DNA of 64,000 nt, taken from positions 4,310-68,309 of the forward strand of contig NVXP01000013.1 of NCBI GenBank assembly GCA_002733985.1. The letters run 5' to 3'. The position numbers and the translations under genes are program-made. Of the stretch, positions 1 through 8,708 are shown piece by piece (the first letter of the stretch is position 1; every line of letters starts with the position of its first letter). The notes beneath the pieces are model-generated. The model was not told the origin of the DNA, ran no database searches, and saw nothing but the letters and a program-made list of their open reading frames with translations. The stretch is from Fluviicola sp. GTDB lineage: Bacteria > Bacteroidota > Bacteroidia > Flavobacteriales_D > Crocinitomicaceae.

Positions 1-24
1 AACATAATGCTGTATATTTTCTAA

Positions 25-1062
25 TTAAACTAGGTAGAAGAAGGTAAATACGAATACCCAAACAAGATCGACAAAGTGCCAGTACAATCCAGTTTTCTCA
101 ACCATTTCGTAATGTCCACGTTTGTGATATACTCCTCTAATAACTCCTAAACAAATAATAATGTTGATCATTACTCCTGTGAATACGTGGAATCCGTGGA
201 AACCAGTAATGAAGAAGAAGAACTGACCGTACTGTTTCGGACCGTATTCGTTTTGTTCCAAATTCGCTCCGTAGATCACGCGTCCTTTAGTACCAGAATT
301 TACAACCTTGTTGTATAAATCAGCTGCAAGGTTATGATCATCAATGTGCTTTCCAATTTTGTATTTGCCGCCATCGGTTTTGATCATCAACTCCATGTGC
401 TCGTTGTCCTTTTTCGAAATATTCGCTTTAGAACCATCGTGGAGTGTGATTACACCGTTCTTCACATGACCTTCAGCGATTGCGTGACGGTACTCGTGAT
501 CAAGGTCCATATCATCCGAAGTGATTTGATGACCAACTTTGTGGTGCTTTCCTGCTTCAAAGATTGTAAAGTTCTCTACTTCTCCGAAGTGTCCTTTTAC
601 AATTGCCATTGAACCATCGGCCATTTCAATTTTCCCGAACTCTGAACCGTGAATGAAGTGAGACCACTCCCATGCTTGCGAACCAACGAAGAAAAACCCT
701 CCAATGATTGTTGCAACCATCCATTTCACAACTCCTTTTTTGTCCATTCTATGACCGGCCTCAACCGCTAATACCATCGTTACCGACGATATAATCAAGA
801 TAAATGTCATCAATGCAACATAAATCAATGGGTACCCGTGTCCTAAAAACGGTAACGAATTAAATGTTTCCTCACCAATCGGCCAAGCATCCTGACAACT
901 ATGTCGTGTGAATCCATAAGCGATTAGTAATCCTCCAAACGTCAGAGCATCTGACACAAGGAAGAACCACATCATTAGTTTACCGTAACTTGTGCTAAAT
1001 GGAGATATTTTTCCACCCCATAAAGTTTTGGAATCTATCTGTTTTGAAGCATGTCCTGCCAT
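25..1062 (-). CDS. Heme-copper (cytochrome c) oxidase subunit III-like membrane protein with a ~140-aa hydrophilic loop insertion
   Basis: 345-aa ORF with several hydrophobic helices. C-terminal CoxIII-type motifs FFFFITGFHGFHVFTGV and GLYWHFVDLVWVFVF. Lies in a cox/ctaB gene run. Confidence 0.8.
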   Translation of the reverse strand: MAGHASKQIDSKTLWGGKISPFSTSYGKLMMWFFLVSDALTFGGLLIAYGFTRHSCQDAWPIGEETFNSLPFLGHGYPLIYVALMTFILIISSVTMVLAVEAGHRMDKKGVVKWMVATIIGGFFFVGSQAWEWSHFIHGSEFGKIEMADGSMAIVKGHFGEVENFTIFEAGKHHKVGHQITSDDMDLDHEYRHAIAEGHVKNGVITLHDGSKANISKKDNEHMELMIKTDGGKYKIGKHIDDHNLAADLYNKVVNSGTKGRVIYGANLEQNEYGPKQYGQFFFFITGFHGFHVFTGVMINIIICLGVIRGVYHKRGHYEMVEKTGLYWHFVDLVWVFVFTFFYLV

Positions 1063-1084
1063 CCTGAAAATTTTTTATGCAAGT

Positions 1085-2173
1085 TTAATGAATAAAAAGC
1101 AAAAATAGTAACAAAACGATCCACAATAGACCTAAAAAATGCCAGAAGACCCCTGTCATTTGAAGACGCACTGTGTTGTTTGCGTTTATTTTACCTGAAA
1201 ATGAGAAGATTACAGCTCTCAATAGAAAAAGTACCGTTACGATCACATGAAGTAAATGTGCCATCGTAATAATATATAAAAACGAAGATGCGGTATCGTA
1301 GGATTCCATTGACTTTACCTGAAGGTATGGATCCAATTTTGCGCCCTGGTATATGAGTTCTCGATTCTCATATTCCAACTCTTTTCCTTTGTAATACACA
1401 TGAAAGTCCTCACCCATCTTACCACGAACGTAGAAGTCACCACGCCCGTCACATATGTTTACCGCTAATTTGTAGAGCCGTTCGGCATCTAAGTAGAGTA
1501 ATTCTTCTCCCTTTGAAGTGATGAGATGACTGTCTTTAAATTCCAATTCACGGTTTTTGAAGAGTATTTTGTACTTCCCATATTCCTTGACATCGAAAAT
1601 CATTTTATTGTCTGGCTTCGTGAATTGAACCATGAATGATTGCAAATCCTTCATTTCATTATCACTCAACTTTTCCCCACTAAGGAAGTAATCATTCCCG
1701 TTTACTTCGATGTATTTTCCGTCTTTTTCAATCTCGAAATAATCTCCATATCGACCATCGGTTACCAGAATACGATTAAAACTAAAGTGAACCCCGTTAT
1801 CTACAAGTTGTCCGTAACCTTTGAATTGAAAATACACGAAGCCCATACCGAGGATGAATGTAATTCCCATCATCGTTTTAAGTCCTTTCACGTTGCCCCC
1901 TTTAGCAAATTTGGATGCAAGAAGTAAGGTTAAGCTACTGATCGCGATTAAGGTTGTACTAACCCAAAAGGCAGTTGGAAATGGCACCTTCAACCAAAAT
2001 GAATCACCCATACTTACCACGTAAGCGGAGATCAAACCAGCAAAGAACATAACTACACTAAAAATCCCAACGTAAACGAGGTTGAGTTTAGCTTTTCCCA
2101 TTTGCTCTTTATTTCCGTCTGGGTGATCCGTTTGTTCTTTATTTCCTTCAGTATAATCTGTTTCTTCTTTCAT
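1085..2173 (-). CDS. Second CoxIII-like heme-copper oxidase subunit with a ~160-aa hydrophilic insertion
   Basis: 362-aa ORF with TM helices. Has AHLLHVIVTV and GVFWHFLGLLWIVLL motifs analogous to CoxIII helices VI/VII. Its start overlaps the ctaB stop by 4 nt. Confidence 0.7.
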   Translation of the reverse strand: MKEETDYTEGNKEQTDHPDGNKEQMGKAKLNLVYVGIFSVVMFFAGLISAYVVSMGDSFWLKVPFPTAFWVSTTLIAISSLTLLLASKFAKGGNVKGLKTMMGITFILGMGFVYFQFKGYGQLVDNGVHFSFNRILVTDGRYGDYFEIEKDGKYIEVNGNDYFLSGEKLSDNEMKDLQSFMVQFTKPDNKMIFDVKEYGKYKILFKNRELEFKDSHLITSKGEELLYLDAERLYKLAVNICDGRGDFYVRGKMGEDFHVYYKGKELEYENRELIYQGAKLDPYLQVKSMESYDTASSFLYIITMAHLLHVIVTVLFLLRAVIFSFSGKINANNTVRLQMTGVFWHFLGLLWIVLLLFLLFIH

Positions 2174-3075
2174 AACGCTTGAATTAAGTACATGAATTCA
2201 TCAGTCCGATCAAAAACATACAGAAATTGAATGACTGGTAGGTATAAAAATGATGCAAACATTACCTTTCGTGCGTCTTTATCTTCACAAGAGAGGAATA
2301 GTTTATAGGAGTACAAGAAAAATGCCCCTCCCAAGATTGTAGCAAGAATCACGGATACTAATCCCGTCCAACCGAGCAACCAAGGCATCAAACTAAATGG
2401 AATTAATAGTAAGGCATATAATGCAATTTGAAATGCTGAATTTTTCGATTTCCCTTTTTTCGAAGGTAGCAGTGAAAACCCACCTGCTTTGTAATCATCG
2501 TAAGCTACCCAAGCAATTGCCCAAAAGTGAGGGAATTGCCAAGTAAATTGAACGAAGAATAGAACCCCTGGAATAATGTCGAAGCTATTTGTGTGAGCAA
2601 TCGCTCCCAACATTGGCGGTATTGCTCCCGGAAATGCACCGACAAAAACTGCCCATGGTGTCTTCCGTTTCAGTGGCGTGTAAATAAACACATAGGAAAC
2701 GAATGCGGCCAAGCCAAGCAATGCTGATGACAAATTGAGCATGTATAACATTGCCGTTCCGATGACAAGACAAATAATTACAACGATATATGCTTCCTTG
2801 ACGGACATTTGACCTTGCGGAAGCGGACGTTTTGCAGTACGCTTCATCAGTTTGTCAAGTTCACGTTCCCAAATTTGATTTGAGCCGTTAGAAGCTGCTG
2901 TAACGAGCGTTCCTCCTACTAATAAATAAAGAATTGCCTTCCAATCGGAACCGCCAACGAACAAATACCCAGAAAGAGCTGAGATTACGACTAATGCTGA
3001 CAAACGGAACTTCGTAAAAACCAAATATGATTTTGCCTTACTCGGAGCTTTGTCAATATGCTGTGTCTTGTCCAT
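2170..3075 (-). CDS. ctaB: Protoheme IX farnesyltransferase (heme O synthase, UbiA family)
   Basis: Polytopic ORF with the UbiA-type motif NQIWERELDKLMKRTAKRPLP. The first ATG is at 3075; the ORF-track start at 3105 is TTG. Adjacent to the cox subunits. Confidence 0.9.
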   Translation of the reverse strand: MDKTQHIDKAPSKAKSYLVFTKFRLSALVVISALSGYLFVGGSDWKAILYLLVGGTLVTAASNGSNQIWERELDKLMKRTAKRPLPQGQMSVKEAYIVVIICLVIGTAMLYMLNLSSALLGLAAFVSYVFIYTPLKRKTPWAVFVGAFPGAIPPMLGAIAHTNSFDIIPGVLFFVQFTWQFPHFWAIAWVAYDDYKAGGFSLLPSKKGKSKNSAFQIALYALLLIPFSLMPWLLGWTGLVSVILATILGGAFFLYSYKLFLSCEDKDARKVMFASFLYLPVIQFLYVFDRTDEFMYLIQAL

Positions 3076-3391
3076 GAAGGTGTTTTGCGCCACAAAAGTA
3101 GTCAATTTTTAGACTCCTGCATTGGTTTTATGGATTTGTTTAGTCGAAGAAAGACATTAAACTTCGAGACAAAAGGCTAACACGGTCGGGATGTAGGAAA
3201 TTATAGCTTGTACGAAGGTCAGGTTATCTGATTACAAGGGTTTTATTCTTTCCACTGATGGAATAATTTAAGCGCTGAGGGCACAAACTGCCTCACCGCG
3301 AAAAGTTGGATTGGCCTGGTCGTTGGATTAGGCTAGAGAAGAAAGACAGACCACAAGGAATGCCCAAAATCCTATCAGTTGGAGTAAGCAC

Positions 3392-3429
3392 AAAAAAAAG
3401 GAACTGAATCAGCTGATTCAGTTCCTTTC
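3392..3429 (-). terminator. Rho-independent terminator downstream of queA (bidirectional shape)
   Basis: Perfect 26-nt palindrome GGAACTGAATCAGCTGATTCAGTTCC at 3400-3425. It is preceded by A8 on the plus strand, which reads as U8 after the hairpin on the minus strand. It lies 28 nt past the queA stop. Confidence 0.8.
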
Positions 3430-3453
3430 GTATATTTTCAATAATAAATTGTC

Positions 3454-4512
3454 TTAGATAATCAACATTGCGTCACCGTACGAGTAAAATTTGTACTTGT
3501 CTTTGATCGCTTGTTGGTATGCATCCATCATTAAGTCGTGTCCTCCAAAAGCTGAAATCATCATCAACAATGTCGATAGTGGCGTGTGGAAGTTGGTAAT
3601 TAATGCGTCAGCGATACTGAAATCGTAAGGTGGGAAGATGAATTTATTTGTCCAACCATCGTATGGCTTCAATAATCCGTCAGTAGATACTGATGTCTCG
3701 ATAGCTCGCATTGAGGTTGTTCCGACAGCAAATACTTTCTTCCGATTGTTTTTTGCTTTGTTCACAATGTCAGCACACTCCTTAGTAATGCTCATTTGCT
3801 CAGAATCCATTTTGTGCTTTGTAAGATCCTCTACTTCAACTGGTCGGAATGTTCCGAGTCCAATATGAAGAGTTACCTCTGCAAATTCAATTCCTTTCAA
3901 CTCCAATCGTTTCATCAATTGACGTGAAAAGTGCAATCCAGCAGTTGGAGCAGCTACAGCACCTTCTTCTTTCGCGTAGATTGTTTGGTAGCGTTCCTGA
4001 TCAGTTGGCTCTACTTCACGTTTGATGTACTTTGGAAGTGGTGTTTCACCAAGTTCAGTGATTTTCTTCTTGAAATCTTCGTAAGGACCATCAAACAAGA
4101 ATCGTAAAGTACGTCCACGAGAAGTTGTATTGTCAATAACCTCAGCCACCAATGATTCGTCGTCACCGAAGTATAATTTATTTCCAATTCTAATTTTACG
4201 TGCTGGATCAACCAATACGTCCCAAAGCAAACTTTCGCGATTCAATTCTCTCAAAAGAAACACCTCGATCTTCGCTCCAGTTTTTTCTTTATTACCAAAC
4301 ATTCGAGCAGGAAACACTTTCGTGTTGTTCATGATCATCACATCTTCTTCATTCACGTAGTCCATGAGATCTTTGAACAGTTTATGCTCAATTTTTCCTG
4401 TTTTACGGTGAATCACCATCATACGGGCTTCATCACGGATATCGCTCGGATATTCTGCAACTAACTCCTCTGGTAAGTCGAAGTTAAATTGAGATAATTT
4501 CATTTTGTTCAT
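3454..4512 (-). CDS. queA: S-adenosylmethionine:tRNA ribosyltransferase-isomerase
   Basis: N-terminus [16 protein letters not shown] and C-terminus [16 protein letters not shown]...YSYGDAMLI are typical QueA. An alternative ATG lies at 4503. Confidence 0.92.
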   Translation of the reverse strand: MNKMKLSQFNFDLPEELVAEYPSDIRDEARMMVIHRKTGKIEHKLFKDLMDYVNEEDVMIMNNTKVFPARMFGNKEKTGAKIEVFLLRELNRESLLWDVLVDPARKIRIGNKLYFGDDESLVAEVIDNTTSRGRTLRFLFDGPYEDFKKKITELGETPLPKYIKREVEPTDQERYQTIYAKEEGAVAAPTAGLHFSRQLMKRLELKGIEFAEVTLHIGLGTFRPVEVEDLTKHKMDSEQMSITKECADIVNKAKNNRKKVFAVGTTSMRAIETSVSTDGLLKPYDGWTNKFIFPPYDFSIADALITNFHTPLSTLLMMISAFGGHDLMMDAYQQAIKDKYKFYSYGDAMLII

Positions 4513-4607
4513 ACGCCGATTGCTTTGTTTTTGTTCCTCGAACTAGTTACTTCCCAGATCAAGGGCAGCAAAGATAAGAAAGAATATGTTTATGGTGTTT
4601 GGATTGC

Positions 4608-4815
4608 TTGGATTTTTAGAACTCTAGGCTTTTAGACAGCCGATTAGTAGACAAAAGACTTGATTTTTCTTCAGTTAATTGGATCCATTGGTGTTCGGAA
4701 ACTGTGTTTGCTAGACGCTTCTCGTTGGATTTTGAGCTTTAGACATTTAGACAGCTGACTCGTTGATAAAAGACTTAATTTTTCTTCGGTTGATTGAATT
4801 CGTCGGTATTTGGAA
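4608..4815. repeat. Imperfect tandem duplication (about 93-bp units, 116-bp period) in a 456-bp ORF-free spacer
   Basis: 4608-4700 (ttggatttttagaactctaggcttttagacagccgattagtagacaaaagacttgatttttcttcagttaattgg...) aligns with 4724-4815 (ttggattttgagctttagacatttagacagctgactcgttgataaaagacttaatttttcttcggttgattg...) at about 75-80 percent identity by eye. Confidence 0.7.
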
Positions 4816-4968
4816 GGTCGGATCACTAGAGACGGCTTCGCCCTTGGATCGTTCGACGCTTCGCGCTAGATAAAGTAATTAGTAGGTTGGGTGAGTTGAA
4901 AGCGATTCGAGATAATCAGAAATCCAATGCGTACCCCTCTAAGTATCTAACTGCGCAGCAGAATCCAA

Positions 4969-5676
4969 TCAATCTTTCCTAATGAACTCTACCCACTCTT
5001 CAACAGTTTTACTGTCATCGACGTATAAATCTCCAGATCGTGTTCTGCGTAGTTCAGTTAAGGTTCCACCCGATTTAAGTCTTTCGCCAAAATCATTTGC
5101 AATAGAACGAATGTAGGTTCCTTTACTGCATGTAACTTCAAACTTGACATTGGGTAAATCCGACGTGTCGATTTTAAATTCCTCGATCGTTACGGTATTG
5201 GCTTTCATCTTGACTTCGATTCCAGCTCTTGCGAGATCATACGCTCGTTTACCATCAATTTGCTTTGCGGAAAAAACAGGAGGAACTTGTTGCTGCTCAC
5301 CCAAAAACGTTTGTCTTACCCGTTCGAAATCATCTTCTGTAATGTGATCGATTGGAAATTCCTGATTGAATTCAGTTTCCATGTCAAACGATGGGGTTGT
5401 CTTTCCAAGCAAGATTGTTCCGGTGTAAGTTTTCGTCCCTACCATGATATCGTTGATCTGCTTGGTGTGTTTTCCAATGCACAAAACCAACAATCCTGTT
5501 GCCAAAGGATCAAGCGTTCCGGCATGACCAACTTTGATTTTCTTTACTCCCAATTGTTGCTTGAGGTTCCAGCGAATCTTGTTCACGACATCAAATGAGG
5601 TCCACGTCAATGGTTTATCGACCAAAATGGTGCTTCCTGCTGCAAATTCTTCTATTGATGATATCATATTATCCAA
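4969..5676 (-). CDS. truB: tRNA pseudouridine(55) synthase
   Basis: ILVDKPLTWTSFDVV and the GHAGTLDPLATGLL catalytic Asp motif. The start overlaps the uppP stop by 8 nt. Confidence 0.92.
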   Translation of the reverse strand: MDNMISSIEEFAAGSTILVDKPLTWTSFDVVNKIRWNLKQQLGVKKIKVGHAGTLDPLATGLLVLCIGKHTKQINDIMVGTKTYTGTILLGKTTPSFDMETEFNQEFPIDHITEDDFERVRQTFLGEQQQVPPVFSAKQIDGKRAYDLARAGIEVKMKANTVTIEEFKIDTSDLPNVKFEVTCSKGTYIRSIANDFGERLKSGGTLTELRRTRSGDLYVDDSKTVEEWVEFIRKD

Positions 5677-6475
5677 ATGTTGACCAACAAATTGTGGCTG
5701 TTCCTGCTGCGAAACAGTAATAAGCGAAATAACTCAATTTACTCTTCTTGACAAGTTTGATCATCCATGCACAAGCAATAATTCCAACGATAAATGCTGA
5801 GGCGAATCCTGCGGCATAAACAGTGCTTGAAATTTCCGAATTCGCTAGTTCTTTTGAAAATTCTGGACTCAATACATCTTTCGCAACCTTTCCTAAGATT
5901 AGAGGAACGACCATTAAAAATGAAAAGCGCGCTGCTTTCTCCCGATCGATTCCCAACATAACTGATGTTCCTATTGTTGCTCCTGAACGAGAAATTCCAG
6001 GGAGAATAGCAATCATCTGTGCGATTCCTATTAAAACTGCGTCTTTAAATCCGACTGGTTTGTCTGTTCGTTTCGCCCGTTCTGCTATAAACAGAATGAT
6101 TCCAGTAACGATCAGCATGACTCCAACCAGCAAAATTTTACCACTGAAGAAAGTTTCAATAAAATCATCGTAAAAAACACCAATAAGTGCCGCGGGAATC
6201 ATTGAGATCACAATTTTCGCAGAAAACAAAAACTCTTCGTTGATTTTAAATTGGAACAATCCTTTAATGATGCGCGTAACCTCTTTCCAGAATACGGCAA
6301 TTGTACTGAGGGCTGTTGCGAAGTGAAGAACAATCGTCATCATCATGCTCGACTCTCCGGACAGTTCTTGTCCCTGAATCGCTTTCATAATTTCGAGGTG
6401 CCCACTGCTGCTAACAGGAAGAAACTCGGTCAATCCTTGAATGATTCCGAGTATAATCGCATCTAATAAACTCAT
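5669..6475 (-). CDS. uppP: Undecaprenyl-diphosphate phosphatase
   Basis: N-terminus IIQGLTEFLPVSSSGHL and PGISRSGATI motif. Polytopic membrane protein. Confidence 0.92.
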   Translation of the reverse strand: MSLLDAIILGIIQGLTEFLPVSSSGHLEIMKAIQGQELSGESSMMMTIVLHFATALSTIAVFWKEVTRIIKGLFQFKINEEFLFSAKIVISMIPAALIGVFYDDFIETFFSGKILLVGVMLIVTGIILFIAERAKRTDKPVGFKDAVLIGIAQMIAILPGISRSGATIGTSVMLGIDREKAARFSFLMVVPLILGKVAKDVLSPEFSKELANSEISSTVYAAGFASAFIVGIIACAWMIKLVKKSKLSYFAYYCFAAGTATICWSTFG

Positions 6476-6481
6476 GGGTGA

Positions 6482-6868
6482 TTAGTTTGCAGAGTCTGCT
6501 TCCTCTTCGATCTTTGGTTTACGCATAATCGCATAGGCCATTATAACAAAGCCACCAACAATTAATAGAGGCGCAAGCGTAATTCGTGTATTACTAAACA
6601 AGGTAGCGGCGTCAAACTGATCCAATTCAGTTGCAGCTCCACCAATCATTAAGATGTATCCTAGAATATTGATTCCAAGTCCGATGAACAACATTTTGTA
6701 ATTTCGTTTACTAAAAGACAATGGAGCCGATTTACGGTACTCTTTTAAGTCTACAGTATCTTGTTGAGCGGGAGTAACAACTTTCTCTACTGGTACGTTG
6801 ATCATGTCGTTGTCAAGCATCTCTGCTTTGTTCCCTTTTGGATTGGATTTTTTATTACTCATGCCCAA
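6482..6868 (-). CDS. Small two-TM membrane protein (DUF3098-like) conserved between ftsX and uppP in Bacteroidota
   Basis: 128 aa with a basic N-terminus and two hydrophobic helices. The position between ftsX and uppP matches known Bacteroidota synteny. Confidence 0.6.
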   Translation of the reverse strand: MGMSNKKSNPKGNKAEMLDNDMINVPVEKVVTPAQQDTVDLKEYRKSAPLSFSKRNYKMLFIGLGINILGYILMIGGAATELDQFDAATLFSNTRITLAPLLIVGGFVIMAYAIMRKPKIEEEADSAN

Positions 6869-6870
6869 AT

Positions 6871-7761
6871 CTAATACAAATCGTCCAATTTCATTCTCAA
6901 ATATTTGTTAAGTGCTAACCAAGTTGAGATAAAAGAGATGACAACTCCAATAATTAGTAATGATCCGAGGAGGAAAAAGAAGTGCATTAGGTCCAGATTT
7001 ATGTCCACTGAATCGACTAAATTATTAATCGCGTAGAAAAGAACAAGTACAAGCGACATACCGAAAACCCCACTAACAACGCCCATCCCTACAGATTGCC
7101 ACAGAAATGGTCGACGGATATAACGCGAAGTTGCTCCGACGAGTTGCATTGTTTTAATCGAAAATCGTTTGGAATAAAGTGCGAGTCGAATGGTATTGTT
7201 GATCATCGCGAATGCAACAATTATTAACAATAAAGCCACTGCTCCAATGAGCCAAACGAACTGTTTGAAGCCTAAATTGACGTTTTCCACCATGGATTCG
7301 TCGTAATTCATCTCTTCAATTCGATCGCCGTAGTCCGCCATTAATTTAGCTCGGATGGCTTCCAATCCTTCAGAATTAGCGTGTTGTTCTTTTGGTTTAA
7401 AGCTGATTGTTGGCGGCATTGGGTTTTCATCTCCGAATACAGCTAAAATTGCTTCAGCATCTTGTCCTGGTTCTTGAAATGTTTCGAGTGCACGATCGGG
7501 TGATACGAAGTATACTTCACGAAATTGATCCCACGTTTTTAATTCCTGCTCAACTTGTTTGATGTCCGCTTCGTTTAAATCTGCTTTGAAAAAGAGATCA
7601 CATACGAGGCTTTCTTTCGATTGCGTTTGAACACGATCCAAGCCAAAGACTGCCGCTATTACTAATCCGATAACGAATAGCACTAAGGAAATCCCAATGA
7701 CAGTTGAGATGTAGCTGGTTTTGACTCCTTTCTTGTTGTATTTTTCGACGCCTTCGCCCAT
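6871..7761 (-). CDS. ftsX: Cell division protein FtsX-like permease
   Basis: TM helix, then periplasmic domain, then three C-terminal TM helices (FtsX topology). First ATG at 7761; the ORF-track start at 7776 is GTG. Confidence 0.8.
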   Translation of the reverse strand: MGEGVEKYNKKGVKTSYISTVIGISLVLFVIGLVIAAVFGLDRVQTQSKESLVCDLFFKADLNEADIKQVEQELKTWDQFREVYFVSPDRALETFQEPGQDAEAILAVFGDENPMPPTISFKPKEQHANSEGLEAIRAKLMADYGDRIEEMNYDESMVENVNLGFKQFVWLIGAVALLLIIVAFAMINNTIRLALYSKRFSIKTMQLVGATSRYIRRPFLWQSVGMGVVSGVFGMSLVLVLFYAINNLVDSVDINLDLMHFFFLLGSLLIIGVVISFISTWLALNKYLRMKLDDLY

Positions 7762-8084
7762 AAAGTAAAAGTACACAAAGTTCAGTGTGGTGAAATTGAG
7801 AAGGGTTTGAGTTATGAATGTGGGATTGTGGATAGGCTGGTTGGACGCGGATGCGCTTGTTGGATTGTTAGACCGTAGGTGAACTTCCGTTCACTTTCGA
7901 AAGTGCTACTTTCTCTTGCTATTCGATGAAGTTCGGAATGGGTTGTGGTTGGATTAGATTTCCTCTTGAATTATTTAGGCACGGATGTATTCGGCGCTAT
8001 TGAGCAAGGTAAAATTGGAGCTCTCTCTTGAATAGATTGAATGATCAATACTTATATTCGTGTAATAATATGTGATTGTATCCG

Positions 8085-8654
8085 ATGAAAAACCTATTAA
8101 AACAGATTGAGTTAAGAGTTCCATTAACTCGAGAAGAAATAAAACTTGTTGAAGAACAATTTCTTACTGAAGAACTTGAAGCAAACACGAAGGTTTTGGA
8201 AGCTGGAAATAGGGAGCGATATATGTATTTCCTAAGCAGTGGGATAATGAGAGGTTTCCGGAATATAGATGGGAAATTAGTCGTCGAACACCTTATTGAT
8301 GAACAAAATTTCTTCACTTCAATTGATAGTTTCACTCATGAAACTCCTTCGGATGAAAATTTTGAGACTGTTACTCCTTGCAAACTCCTTAAAATTTCAA
8401 AATCAAATTTAGATTTCTTAAAAAGTTATTCTGACAAATGGAATTTAATCATTGAAAGTATAACCAATGAACATTTAAACTGCAAGATTGATCGGGTAAG
8501 GGATTTTCAAACACTTTCTGCGAAAGAGCGCTATTTAAAACTTATCAAGGAATCACCCAATTTGGCTCTAAATGTTTCTATAGAAAATATTGCGTCATTT
8601 TTAGGCATGGAACCTCAATCATTGAGTCGAATTCGAAAACAAATCACTTTCTAA
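8085..8654 (+). CDS. Crp/Fnr family transcriptional regulator
   Basis: cNMP-binding-like N-terminal domain and C-terminal HTH (IASFLGMEPQSLSRIRKQI). ATG at 8085; the ORF-track start is TTG. Confidence 0.8.
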   Translation: MKNLLKQIELRVPLTREEIKLVEEQFLTEELEANTKVLEAGNRERYMYFLSSGIMRGFRNIDGKLVVEHLIDEQNFFTSIDSFTHETPSDENFETVTPCKLLKISKSNLDFLKSYSDKWNLIIESITNEHLNCKIDRVRDFQTLSAKERYLKLIKESPNLALNVSIENIASFLGMEPQSLSRIRKQITF

Positions 8655-8708
8655 CAAATGTTATTTTTAAGGAGCTAAAAACTATTGAAATTTGCCCAAA
8701 AGAACAAA

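Noticed and set aside
334-2773. ORFs 334-612(+), 1640-1927(+) and 2585-2773(-) inside the cox/ctaB genes
   Set aside because: They are shadow or alternate-frame ORFs within well-supported membrane-protein genes.
3106-3399. Known structured RNA (RNase P RNA, SRP/4.5S RNA, tmRNA, 6S) in the queA-ctaB spacer
   Set aside because: I could not find the hallmark motifs on either strand: the GAGGAAAGUCC-type P4 of RNase P, the SRP GGAA/AGCA domain IV loop, or a tmRNA tRNA-like end. It is kept only as an unexplained structured spacer.
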